This document shows positions 24,756 to 36,880 of a DNA stretch of 41,730 nucleotides, one piece after another (within the stretch, counting starts at the first letter, position 1; every line of letters begins with the position of its first letter). The DNA is from Phoronis australis. Its lineage: Eukaryota > Animalia > Phoronida. Both the position numbers and the translations under genes were made by a program. The DNA lies in assembly GCA_002633005.1 (NCBI GenBank), contig NMRA01001113.1, forward strand, positions 11,910-53,639. Direction: 5' to 3'. A model generated the notes under the pieces. That model was not told the origin of the DNA, searched no databases, and saw nothing but the letters and a program-made list of their open reading frames with translations.

Positions 24756-26408
24756 AGGAGAATGCCACCCGATTTAATTAGTCTTTTTTGCCGTCACAAT
24801 CGGTCTATATCCATATCGTCTCGCATACGGTGGACCTAACCTTGCCAAGAGGTGTCGCGTTAACCTGTGAGGAAGGTGAGAAACGACGCTAGCGACGTCA
24901 GTGGTTCATATGCAGAGTGAATGCCGCTATGTTGCGGTGCATCGTTCCCGCTTGTCCGAACAAAGCAGCTGCGAGGAAAGCGGGTATATCGTTTTTTACT
25001 TCCTCGAGAGTCCGAAATGCTTAGGAAGTGGCTCATGGTAGTGAAGAATGAAATGTACGCTGTAAATAGCAAGTATGAGGCCGTGAAACATCTCCGTGTC
25101 TGTGTCCTGCCTGACGAATGCCCGCTTACCAAATAACTCCATACGTTCCGTTGTCTGAGCTTGTTCACGGCGCCTCTCTAGTATTTCTTCATCACTGTAT
25201 TCCTGTTCGAATTGATAGCCTTTAAAACTTAACGATCCACTTGCGAAGTCGGGACTGATGAGCTCTAGCTCGTCCTAAGTCGGGATTGCGAGTTGCCATG
25301 TTAGCGTTTATTACTGAGCGTTCTGTTTCAAAATGAATTATTCTCACCCTAACCAATACTTTTATAAAACTTAAACAAAGTCTGTCTCTTTAGATGCAAT
25401 TTGTAATGCCTGTGGAGTGTTCGTGAGTGCAAATGATTTGAGAAGCCAGCAATGAATAAATCACTGCGTTACCGGCTTTAGTCCTAATTGACGGGACACC
25501 GAGGCCGTGTGAGCTCATGCTAATTTAGTGTTTACTGGCAGAAACTGTTGTGAAACAACTCGATTTCCATCCCACGGCCAGGTGTTAGGGTAATCTTTAT
25601 TTACATTGACATTACTCAAATAATGATTGTCAATGTACAACTTCTGCCCTGACGGTGCTGTGGCCAAAGCGGAACCTGTATTCGCGGCCCCCGACGAGTA
25701 AGTAGATTTGCAGTTTCGTGGCTATTTCACCAACATAATCACGTGCACATTACTTTGGCTCACTGCTATAGTATTTTCCTGACTGGAAGTTTACTTTCCA
25801 CTGAACTTTGTCTGGTTTATGTTCGTGATGTCTGATCAGTTTCCAAGACACTGGCCCGGGATAACGAGTCAATCCGGCCGGCCGCGACGGACCTGATCGG
25901 GCTCCGAGCCACTGGCCAGGATAACAAGCGTTTTGTGTTTAGAACTCAAAATCACACAAGTCTAAACAACACAGATCTAGGTTCTTCTGTCTGTATCTCA
26001 CGGAAAATACTTCGAAATTATCTCCGAACAGACCCCAAACTCCTGCTACGGACCTTATTGGCCTGCCGAACTTTGTAGGCTACGGTGTGTCCAAATACCA
26101 ATAAATCCGTAAGAGCGAAATAAAACAACACATTTTTATAAGAACTCGGTGTATTTTTAAGGGTTTTACATCAAAGTTTGATGATTTATTGGTGTTAAAC
26201 GATTACGTCAAGCGATAAGCTGACACCAGTTACCCATGTTGTAAACTGTTGAACAGACTGCGTGTGAAACCGATGACGTCATTGAATAATTTCAACACCT
26301 CCGTCTGCCGTCAGGTGTCAGGTAACGCAACCGTACGTGTCCTTATGGAGTAGAACTACTCGATCTAAACTGATACAAATTAAGTTGTTTTTTGGGTGGC
26401 ATGCTCCT
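24756..26408 (+). mobile_element. Kolobok-like non-autonomous DNA transposon with THAP remnant
   Basis: TIR AGGAG(A/C)ATGCCACCC at both ends; TTAA TSD (24752-24755, 26409-26412); THAP-like MPLCCGASF...RFLLPRESEMLRKWLMVVK at 24921. Confidence 0.82.
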
Positions 26409-26510
26409 TTAAATGGCAAGGTGATTGTGACTTGACTCCCAGATTTTGCATGCACTCTCGCTGGTCGTTAGCTCCAGCTTTTGATATAAATTTCATAACG
26501 AAGTTGCAGG
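26409..26510 (+). repeat. Foldback family A arm, 3' continuation
   Basis: Matches 6215-6305 (gcaaggtga, cccagattttgcatgcac, tgatataa). Confidence 0.75.
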
Positions 26511-28724
26511 TTATAAAAAAAAACTTGACGGGAGCATCGACAAACCCGTTGAAGCGATGGAAATAAAACCGGTAGTGGAGAACATTGATATATCAGAATC
26601 TTATGGCTACCAAGGATCTTTCGTTGTTTTTCTTTTCTGTTTTACATTTGTACCGGTTACTTCAAAAAAACAACTCAAGATTAGAAATACCTTTTTTGGT
26701 AAACGATTGATTAAAATCTCAAATTCCGGCTCAAATCTGCATAATATGTATGTAAAGATCTGCATGGTCAGGTACTGGATATGTTAATAGAGGCGTGTAT
26801 TAGACTCCATTTGCTGGAAGACAATGCAGTGTGTGATTGAGAATGTGTCTCACAGAAGCTGCTGTATTTCATGTGCCAAGACCACTGCGCCCTCTGTGAC
26901 ACGATGCGTTCGCACAAGAATCGACTCCAGGCGCTACTATGATGGGAATAGTACATACGTACCAAGATTACTTGATTCGGGTCTTTGTTCACAACATATA
27001 GCCTACACATGTAAAACGTACACTGTTCATTCATCTGTACTTGTGAATTTGAGGTATGGTTATATAAAGACACTTTGCGTATATGTAACTTTGTGGTATT
27101 ATCTGACCGCAACACTTGCATAAGGCATAAAATAGACATTCAACAAAAAATGAAATGTGACATTCAGGAGCAAAAAATTGATGACAATAACAAACGATAA
27201 TAGTACGGCTTTGACGTGCGTGGTATTTTTGTTTCTTGCGTGTATAGCCAGGGCAAGTTCCCACGTCTAACACAAAACACAACGAAAACTGATTCCCGTA
27301 CATTAGCTGGTACCGTGCAAGGGCTGTTCCTTCAGTCGTGTTCTGAGCGGCTTTCAGCGGAACCAAAGAGAGCGCAGCCCCGGAGACGGAGCACAGTAAC
27401 TGTTGTGTTGACCACATTGTTTAGTGCGAGCAAAACCTAAGGGTACACTGCCATGAACTGAAGCAAACATCTTTGCCTGTACACTCAGTCGAATTTTCAA
27501 AATGCATTACCGAAAATTATCGATAAAAATAAACATTATGGCGGCATTCACCTGGAAGGAAACACAACGGTTTTCGATTTTCAACTATCGAAGAACAAAT
27601 AAGCAAAACTAGAAACATTGGTTACAGATTGAAGCAAAACGACAGCGCGAATTGATATACCCGTAGGATTTACAAATGCAGCAACTCAGATCTTGAAAAA
27701 AATGTGTGTGCATGCATCCTGGTGAGATGTGTTCAGAATGCTTGCTACTTGAAAACTTTTGAGCCATTATTTTTCAAGTTGGACAATCATGACTGTTTTG
27801 GCCAAAAATAGCTCATTTTTGGTTAAAAAGGTTCAGTTAACGACGTTGTGTTAAAACGGCTTAAAAGAACGTAAAAGGAAAAAAAATATAATGTTGATGT
27901 AGATATTGAACCTCTCTATAAGAAGACAGTCTTTGAATTTTCAAAAGGGTTTCCGTTAACCTTCAATGGATTGGCAAAATTCGGTAAATTTTTGCCCAAA
28001 TTTGTGTCCTTAGCCATTTTTGAGGTGCCCTGGCGGCAGTTTCCAGGATGCTGGTGATTTCCAGAGATATTTTTCATCAGCCTGTTGTCTGACTAAGAAA
28101 CTAAATATGAGCTTTTTGTTTTCAAGCAACAGCCGATCGAAAAGATATACATACCAACGTGTATCGGTGGCTGACTACGGGCAGTATTCAGCTGTATCTC
28201 ATAAAACTCATAATAGGGCTTCGTTAATGTTTGCAAATAAGTTTTTATGGTGATCAAGTCACCGTTTTTAGGTATTTTATTGTATATAAAATGTATCAAA
28301 TCACATCAAACCCGTACTTTCGAAATTTCAGGCTGTGACTCGGCAAGTGTCAGAGAAAACCAGTTTCGGTGTAATATCAACCACCACAGAAGTACATGTA
28401 CTAGGAATTTCCTTCATTAACTGAACGCTTCCTTAATACAAAGGGAGTGAAAATAGGCGCAATGAAGTTGCCTGAGGACAAAGAGCATCTCTGCGGAGAC
28501 CAAACTTCATCGATAGAATAGACTTAAATATAGCCTTCATATTCTTAATATGAACTAGCTGCATTAAGGTGATTTTGTGAACGTGATACACTCAACAATG
28601 ACGTAACTCCTCGCATAAATACTAAGGTGCCGTGGCACCTAACCATGTTAGCTGATGCAGTTGTTTGCAAGAGTTGTTAATTGTTAGGTGTCCGTCTGCT
28701 ACCACACGCCAGTACTTTGCCAGA

Positions 28725-29741
28725 ATGGAATTTGAAAGGGGTCTAAATTTCTCTGTTACAGGAGGACTAAATGACACTGTAGTACCGTGGTACAGAAAAA
28801 ACGTGTTACCGGAGTTCCTGCTATACATGTTCGCGTCTTCAGAAATAACTATGAGTGCGCTGACTTTTGCAGGGAATGGCTTTGTCTGTTTCAAATTTCT
28901 CACGCAACGCAAAGTTCGCGAAAAAGGTGTCAGCATTCTTATATTCGCTCTGGCTCAGAATGAATTCACGAGAGGCTTCGTAATGATTCTGAACGCATTT
29001 AGGAAATTCCTCATGCCTCTACATTGGAGGAACTTGCCGACGGAAGTAATATATGGTGTCTACCTTTGTAAGCTGACGATGTGCTTGATCTCCTACACGG
29101 CAACAATGACTAATTGCGTGCTGGTGCTACTCGCGGTGGAGCGCTTCATTGCCATTAGTTTTCCGTTGCGACACTTGACTATGGTGACAAAGCGTGCCAT
29201 TCTTAGGATGGTCGTTGGTGCCGCTCTTTACTCACAGACGGGCGTGTTTTATACAGCAGCGTCTCCAGTAGAAGAACGTGACCTCGTCCAAAATATCTGT
29301 GTTGTTGAAACTGTTATTAAGTCGAACAGAATACTGTTTGCGGCGCTGTGTATATACGTGCCAATGACGCTGGTTGTAACTCTACATATCTGTGTATCTG
29401 TTCAGGCTTTCATTCAAAGTAAACGGATCTTCGCATTAACAAATAATCTCAAAGCCAGACAAAAATCCGAGCTAAAAATTACGAAGGCCATGATTCAAAT
29501 CATCTTTCTGTACATCGGTTGTGTCTTGCCGTCAATCACGTTTAAACTGGCAGTTCCAGAGGCCTCAGCTAACGACCCCCTGTGGTTAACTGTGTTGCGG
29601 TATCTCGTGGTAGACATTTTATTTATGAACTCTGTTCTCAGTCCAGTTTTGTACAGCGTTAAACGTTTCCACAGCATTAGACATATTTGCAGGTGTATTA
29701 CACGCATTGAACGTGAAAGTGGTGTTACAACAAATTCTTAG
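28725..29741 (+). CDS. Intronless class A (rhodopsin-like) orphan GPCR, 338 aa
   Basis: Seven hydrophobic segments; N-terminal glycosylation sites NFS and NDT; TM1 GN; TM2 LAQNE; Cys at the top of TM3 and in ECL2; AVERFIAISFPLRH (DRY-like); TM6 CVLP; TM7 NSVLSPVLY. First ATG is at 28725 (the ORF track starts at an upstream TTG). Confidence 0.92.
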   Translation: MEFERGLNFSVTGGLNDTVVPWYRKNVLPEFLLYMFASSEITMSALTFAGNGFVCFKFLTQRKVREKGVSILIFALAQNEFTRGFVMILNAFRKFLMPLHWRNLPTEVIYGVYLCKLTMCLISYTATMTNCVLVLLAVERFIAISFPLRHLTMVTKRAILRMVVGAALYSQTGVFYTAASPVEERDLVQNICVVETVIKSNRILFAALCIYVPMTLVVTLHICVSVQAFIQSKRIFALTNNLKARQKSELKITKAMIQIIFLYIGCVLPSITFKLAVPEASANDPLWLTVLRYLVVDILFMNSVLSPVLYSVKRFHSIRHICRCITRIERESGVTTNS

Positions 29742-30399
29742 GTGGTGACTTCGCTCAATTCCGAGGCGTCGATTTCCGACAACCGTCTAACAGTGAGCTT
29801 ACATAGAACGACCATAATAGCCACTAACCGTCAAAAGTTTGGCGTCAGAAGATACCCCAATTTTCGACTCCGTATTAATCAACCTGTCCGTATGAAACTC
29901 GTATCGAAAATACGGATAAACTGGTACTTTGCGGGATCCAAAACGGCAACTGCACGATACACCTAGTGTTTGCATTGTATTATATCATGTACTATATTTT
30001 GACAGCATGCCTTATTTACTTGTGAGTTGTGTATCTCATGCACGTGCAAATATGGACAATCCCGACGGTGATAGTCTGGTTACATTGACCGAGGTAGTGC
30101 AACTTAGGTCTCCCAATGTCGATATAGACCAAGAGAGTTACCAAAATGCGAAGAATAAGCAGCGTGTAATAGTAACATCAAAATGGAATGAACCAGAGAG
30201 GTTATTAATAAAAATGACTAGTTTTAAGCCATTAGGAAAATAACTTCAATAATCCTAAGATTTCTACCTAAAAAAGACAAAGGTTTTAGAATATGGATCC
30301 CTCGAACTTGCTGTGGATAACTTAGTGAGGCAGTTATCCAAAAGTATAAATTTTTATATATTATAATTAATTGGACCTTTGCACCGTTTGATACAATAA

Positions 30400-30735
30400 T
30401 TAAGAAAAATTCCTTTTGCAGTGACATTTACGAAAAATGCGATAAACTACTTCAAGTATCTATCAGAAATTTGAAGATACACATGCAAAGGTTTTATGAT
30501 AGATAAAAATGGGCAAACATCTATCACGTAGTTTTGAAATGTATTGTGGATAACTCATCACATTGGTTGGAGTGTAGGACTTTCCATAAAAGTTTTGAAA
30601 TAAACTCTTTCCTTCAGAAAGTAAAAGTTTGTGATCCTGATACATGTAATGTATGTTGCCGTAAACAAGAGGCATTGGAAAACATTTTTACGCTTGTCAT
30701 GTTACTAGAGAAATCGGACTCTGGAAAATAACAAT
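30400..30735 (+). mobile_element. Decayed LINE (L1/Tx1-type) ORF2 C-terminal zf-RVT fragment
   Basis: KWANIYHVVLKCIVDNSSHWLECRTFHKSFEINSFLQKVKVCDPDTCNVCCRKQEALENIF fits the zf-RVT pattern W..IY....C.......W...RI.H.....N..L.K......C..C....E...H.F. Confidence 0.7.
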
Positions 30736-31529
30736 ATTCATAACAAGAACAACCAGGAGCTTGAAATGCACCCACGTTTGCACCACAAACTGTGTGCTGC
30801 GATGGGTGTTTTTAGTATCATAAGAATGGCCTAAATCCTCACAAAAGTTACTCATTTCAAAATACAGCAAATAAAATCAAATGAACCATACATATAGGAA
30901 AACGGAGTTATAATTAACACATACCACTACTTTGGATACAATTTAGTCAGCAAAACTTTAACAAATCGATGAACATCTGTCGCGGTTTGCTCGAGTTTCT
31001 CTTACCGGGTGCCATTTTGAGGAAGTTACGTGAAATCACGCATGTTGACGAATAAGAAGTCCAAGGTACACAAATCTTACAAATTTCACCCGATATATTC
31101 TCATGCTATTTTACAAGCGTCACGCGCTAGCGTCACGCGCTTCCCTCAGTCTCGCGCTAGCCTTTGCCTAACTCTCGTGACTCAGTTGACATACTTTGTG
31201 GTTATCGCGCGCGCAGTGAAAAAGTTAACAGCAACCAAAAAGTGGATTTGGAATTCTTCGCCAAAGTCAACTTAATTCTCACAACTAAGCTTCATCGAAG
31301 ATATGTATAGAAATAGAAATAGAAAGGACCAATGATGAAAGTAAGGGCTTTTTTAAATGCCTGATAGTTTTAAGTGTAGGCCTAGGCCTAGAATGTGTCT
31401 TTGACGAGGTGGAAACTCAAAATCGGTTGGCTAACCCAAATCCGGTCACGGTCTGTTAAAATACACGCAACGAAATGAGTACAGAAAGCGAATGGAAGTA
31501 TTGTAGCCCCTATATGGCCAACCGAGGGG

Positions 31530-31780
31530 CTATGTGCTACCTACATGTAGATGGCCCCGCGTTGGTTTGAATGTGCTAAATCTCCCCTTACTCCCAGCTC
31601 TCCCAATGTTCTTTATCCATTTTTCTCGAAGTTCTTGGTTTGCAGGGAACACATAAAAACTCAGATTTTTATCTCTCTTGTGTATCCGCCGTAAGTTTTC
31701 TTCGCGCTCATACCGTGTATTATGCTTGTTACTATGGCCGCTTTCGGAGTCTTGACCACAACACCCACAATGCACCATTG
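31530..31780 (-). mobile_element. THAP-domain remnant of a DNA transposon
   Basis: MVHCGCC...LSFYVFPANQELREKWIKNIGRAG...FKPT fits the THAP C-x-C..FP..W..R pattern; the C-terminal CS.HF is degenerate; element ends not identified. Confidence 0.7.
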
Positions 31781-32769
31781 CAAACTAATTTCAATATGGC
31801 GTCGCTGCAAATCCGCTATTCTTGGTTGTGAAAAGTTCTTTTTATCCAAAATTGGCGTTATTTGTCCAGTGTACTCCGACGCTATTACTCGTGCGGTTTT
31901 CCGATAGGTGGTTATTTAATTTGTATGAAAGAAAAAGCATTCATTATACCATATTGTTCTGCATCGTATTGTATCGCATTGTGTTGCGCTACCTCTTGTT
32001 AGATATTATCGTCGTTATTATTACATTGTCTATTAACTGGCTCGACGCTTAGCCATGACGTCAACTCGTTATGTGCGACCTGGCAATTTTCCCCATTGCA
32101 TTGCAAAAATATTCAATGCATAACATTTTCTAAAACATCGTGATTTAAATATTTAGTTGGAATAGACTTTTACATTGATTTTATGCGCTCTTATAGTAAA
32201 ACGGAGCTGCGAAATATTAAAGCTATTTTTGAAAGTTAGAAGAGATCGGAGAGTGTGTGACTATCGTGTACATTGTAAACCGTACAACAGTTTGTATTGT
32301 CTGTTCGCTTGTAAAAGATCTCTGTGATCTATTTAAATAACAGTCTTGTTGTTGCAAAGTTGTTCGTGATCTATTTACATTGGAATATATTAATTTTGTT
32401 GTTACCTCTACGCCTACATTTATCTATGTCCACACACTACGTGATGCTTAACGTGAGGATGTAAGCTTCACTCATTTCCTTGCCGTCGCTTTGCGCAGAA
32501 ATAAAGAACCCGTGCATAGTTCTGATGCAAGAGTTTAATTCTATTCTACTTGAAATGCAGCAAACTGCTAGGGATAAGGGTATAAGCGAAGGGACTATAG
32601 TGGCGGTTAAAGCAAAATAACATCAACTATCAATTAGTTCTTCGTATCTTACCATAAAGTATTTAAGAGGAATTTGAGAGCAATCTCTAGTTTGTCCCGT
32701 TTTTGAAGTTCAGTCACGCAAAGTTAAATTGCGGAAACTTAGGTTTTGTTTCCTACTAAGTCTTTTGGA

Positions 32770-33025
32770 TTTTGACAATCCTATTCGTGACTCTGATACG
32801 TATTTCAAATCCTGCTGTCTTTTGTGTTTGTTGTATACTATATTCATGGAATCTAAAGTTTAGTTTTTATCTGTTGTTTAGATCTTTTCTTTCTTGTGCC
32901 TACATTTTTAGCTGCTTGGGATACATGATGTTCTTAATTAGCATATTTCATTGTTGTAAATCGGATCTGGACAACTGTGAGTTTTACAAGTAATGTGGAA
33001 TAAAATGTATTCTATTCTATTCTAT
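32770..33025 (+). mobile_element. Possible LINE 3'UTR/tail
   Basis: T-rich tract ending in AATAAA followed by (ATTCT)n. Confidence 0.35.
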
Positions 33026-33265
33026 AATCGGCTTTACTGCCGAAAACCCCATTTTGGGATTATCAGTTGTTGGATAGGGCTGAGGTCTTGAAGATGTTGG
33101 CTTTGATTAGGGTTATAAGACAACAACGTCCGTTGAGTGTTTGTGATTTTATTACAAATCGTCAGTTCACGCAGTTGTTTGCCAGTCGCTGAAATCAAGG
33201 TTGGTGACCTGTTACACACACTTGTAGTGCTATCTCTATGGAATTCCAAGCTTGCCATCCTTTAA

Positions 33266-33994
33266 CGCGTACGGGGTTTACGCGTTAGCGCGTGCAGACT
33301 TGATTCATGAATGCGCTAATCCATTTCCTAACGGGTTACTTTGTTGCGAACATAAATGCTCGTATCACGGAGTCACGCGACTAAGGCAGACAGATCACGG
33401 AGTCCAAGAACAAGTTGATCCTCGATTTATACACATCCGTACCAAATACGGCCACTTATCCCTTTCATTCATGTGCGAATAATATTCAGAAAATGACAGA
33501 ACCAGTGGAATCCGTTACCGTTGTTTTCTTGCAGACGCACTGTAGCGAGAAAGCTCACTTTTTATAAATAATGCAATGCGAAATGACCTCAGAGAAGAAC
33601 CCTGCAAATGAGTGGGATGACTGTTGTGGCGATCAGACAGTTTCAGAGAATTCTTTCCACCTGGCATTTCCTTTTTCAACCAATCATAAAAAACTGATGC
33701 CCTGATAGACATCGAACTAATATGTAACCAGAAAGCATAGTCATTGCAATCGTGTACGTAAGTATACCACTTTAATCGACCTGGATGATTTTGGGCCGCT
33801 GCTGGTGTATATAAATAATAAGACATAAAGCATATCACAACCTCAGTCTGAAAAAATCGAAAGTTTAGAGCCGGAACATTGCAAATTACCACAACTCCAA
33901 CGAAGGCTAGACGAGCGACACCCTGCGCACACATGCAAGGGGACTGAATGTGATGTTTAATGCATGCAGGCTAACATGTAAACCCCGTACGCTT
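33266..33994. mobile_element. MITE with ~30-bp TIRs and TTAA flanks
   Basis: ttaa-cgcgtacggggtttacgcgttagc ... gctaacatgtaaaccccgtacgctt-ttaa. Confidence 0.7.
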
Positions 33995-34003
33995 TTAACA
34001 TCT

Positions 34004-36722
34004 TAGTCAGGTTCACTACAGTATGTCCAAATTTTGTCATTCGTTGAAAATTTTTTGGGAAAGTGGAAACTATGTATTTTTGGAAACCTCATGGAATGGT
34101 GAATCAGAAAATAATTGATTCCATTTTTAGTGGCCATCTTGGCGGCCATTTTGGATTTTCAAAAATGGCGCCGGTAANAATAAGATTTTGCCCAGTATAT
34201 CCGCCCTTGGGTCACTGAGAATGTTAGTTTTTATTGCTACTCCTGCAGTTCTGGGGTAAATGAATCGGACATTTTAATTATTATTGGCGGCCATCATGGA
34301 ATTTCAAAAAAGGAGCCTGTAAAATACATTTTGCTCAGTATCTCTGCTCTTGAGTCACTTAGAATGTTTAGTTTTATTGGCTGCACACACATGTTGTGGG
34401 GTAAGGAAGTGAAAGACACTATTTCTTAAATGATACATATCATCTAAATGATTTTTAATAGCAGCTACAAACACCCAGAATATTAACCTTTATTTACAGT
34501 GTACATGTATATCTATATCTTTTTGAAAAGACATATGAGACATATCTTTTGAAGATTTCGATATTATTTCTACTGTTCACTTTGGAATCCAGCTCTCCTT
34601 TACTCAAGGGAAATGCATTTTGCCTTTGACAGTCGGATGGCAGAAAATTTTGGCAGTAACCAGGCTGAGGATCAATGACAAGAACAACAGGAGTTGTAGC
34701 CTGCTGAGCTAATCGACCAGAAACATGTTATCAGCCACTATGAATTCACCCTAACACCAAGAGCAATCTTTGCTGTCAGTGGAGTAATGCTGCCATGTAC
34801 AGTCTTCTGCACAAACATTCCGAAGTAGACGTCCTAGAACAGAACAGCCCTCAAGCTGCAAGACAGGTTTTAGATCTAGAAAATATTTAAACAACATCCA
34901 TTGAGTGTGTTCACCCAAGCCACAAAACTGCACATGTGGATAGTATGGAAGTGATGTTCTTAACTAGAAATTATGACGATATAATTCTGGTTTTTGACAC
35001 CCACAGGAGAAAAAAAGACGCAGAGAAATGGTCAAGTACAGTACCAGATAAGAGATGAGACTTACATACAGAATATCCCATTGAGCTGTTTCCTCCTCGC
35101 CCATGACCAAAAAAGGCTCAACTTACTGAATATCTGTCTGCAAAGACACTTGAATATAATCAAGACCCTGACAAGATAGCCATTACTTCAGCTTCAGGAT
35201 GCACAAAGAGCAACCGACGTGATCTACACTTAGAAGGAAACGATCACGAAAAAGCAGATATATTGCTAATACACTGTACATCATGCAGTTCTAGCACCAC
35301 ATCAAAGGGTCCCTGATTCTCAGCTGATGTTTTCTCACCTGACATAGATTTACTGGTACTCGCCATTGCCTATTATGACAGGCTTCTCAGAAATACTTCA
35401 GTCCCCATGCCATCTGGGATTGTGGACGTGAATCCAATATGGACCATATTAGGTGCTGTTCGGGCAAAGGCTCTTCCAGCTTCCCATACTTTTACATGGA
35501 CAGACAACACTGGTCCATTGTGTAGGTTGAACATATATTTGAAGGCAAACACTGATGATATCAATGCACTGCAGACTTTTTGTACTGCTTGTGAAGTAAG
35601 AGGTGAACCTCTTTTCACATTAGCCCCTTTTATATGTGCATACTCACCACAGGGTATAGACACAAATAGCATCCCAGAGCTTAGATGGTACCTCTTCTGT
35701 AAACATATGGCTGACAGCGACAAATGTCCACCAACCATTGATGCTTTGAAACAGCATGTGCTGAGGGTGTTTATTCAAGCCAGAGTGTGGGGCCAGGCAG
35801 CCATTCGACAAAAGATCTTTGACCCACTGCAGAATGAATTTACAAGGACAAAGATGACCAGATGAAACCCACACAACTGAGGAGCTTCCGGCGCCAGAGG
35901 CTTTCATTGAGATGGTTACTAAATGTCAGTGCAAAAACGATTGCTATTCCCAAAGATGCTATGGCCGATCAAAAGACCTACCTTACACAGATCTATGTCA
36001 ATGTAGTGCAGAATGTCAGAATGGTGATGATGATGTGATTCCTGGTGACAGTCATGGCTAAAGTAATGATCTACGATTTCAACCTTTTGAAAGACTATTA
36101 TTGATACTACAAAAACATACTTTCATGTTCTTCAAGCGTAAATAAGTTGTTTAGGTACTGGTTTAGTTTAAGTGACTTGAAGGAAACAAGATCCGAACAA
36201 AATATACAAGAAAAAAAGATAGTGATACTATGTGTTGGATTACATGAAGAATGCATTTAGAAAATGTAGCTGCTAATAAATGGGGTTTTGACTATGTTTC
36301 TCATTTAATAAGTTGTATTTTCAGATTTCTTGACCACAAAAATGTGGGTGCAGCCATTAAAACTAACATTCTAAGTGACCCAAGAGCAATGATACTAAGG
36401 AAAATGTGTTTCACGGGCGCCATTTTTAAAAATTCAAGATGGCCGCCAAAATGGCCTCCAATAAAATTAAAATTTCCAGTTCCTTGACCTGAGAAATTCA
36501 GGTGTAGCCATAAAAATCAACATTCTAAGTGACCCACAAGCGGAGATATTGGGCAAAATCTACTTTACCGGCGCCATTTTTGAAAATCCAAGATGGCCGC
36601 CAAGAGGGCCGCCAAAATCGAATCAATTATTTTCTGATTTTTCATTCCACGAGGTTTCCAAAGATGTATAGTTTCCATTTTCCCCCAAAAATTTCAACAA
36701 AATTACATAACAAATCTGACTA
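34004..36722 (+). mobile_element. Internally deleted Academ (AcademX-type) DNA transposon
   Basis: Termini TAGTCAG...CTGACTA; 3-bp TSD TCT (34001-34003 and 36723-36725); imperfect TIRs of ~400 bp with internal subrepeats; decayed XPG-like plus Cys-rich coding remnant inside. Confidence 0.88.
34700..36050 (+). pseudogene. Decayed Academ transposase C-terminal part (XPG/FEN1-like nuclease + Cys-rich finger)
   Basis: Frame-broken motifs YEFTLTPRAIFAVSG, NDHEKADILLIH, FSPDIDLLVL, ALPASHTFTWTD, CPPTIDALKQHVLRVFIQARVW, KCQCKNDCYSQRC...YTDLCQCSAECQN. Confidence 0.8.
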
Positions 36723-36767
36723 TCTGACAGGCTTGGAATCGGATAACTGACGGGCGTTCAACCAGTA

Positions 36768-36880
36768 TGAGTAGATCCGCTAGCAGGGTGTTGGGCTGCG
36801 ACCCGCTCAAGTTATGGGTTCGATTCCGCGCGCGTAGGGATGATCTTGAAAAACCACTTCTCTGGACGATAATGTCATCT
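36768..36880 (+). mobile_element. tRNA-derived SINE head (degenerate)
   Basis: A-box-like TAGATCCGCTAG and B-box GGTTCGATTCC (36818-36828) at tRNA-like spacing; no proper cloverleaf. Confidence 0.55.

Noticed and set aside
25250-25290. CTGATGA followed by a small hairpin, resembling a hammerhead ribozyme core (also CTGATGAAAC at ~38403)
   Set aside because: The first lacks the GAAA after stem II; the second has no stem II.
26824-27440. Cys-containing ORFs on both strands
   Set aside because: No domain pattern or consistent exon structure could be built.
28665-28724. N-terminal 20-aa extension of the GPCR in the ORF track
   Set aside because: Starts at TTG; the eukaryotic start is more plausibly the ATG at 28725.
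36768-36840. Possible tRNA gene
   Set aside because: The B-box is present but the acceptor and anticodon stems do not pair; treated as a SINE head.
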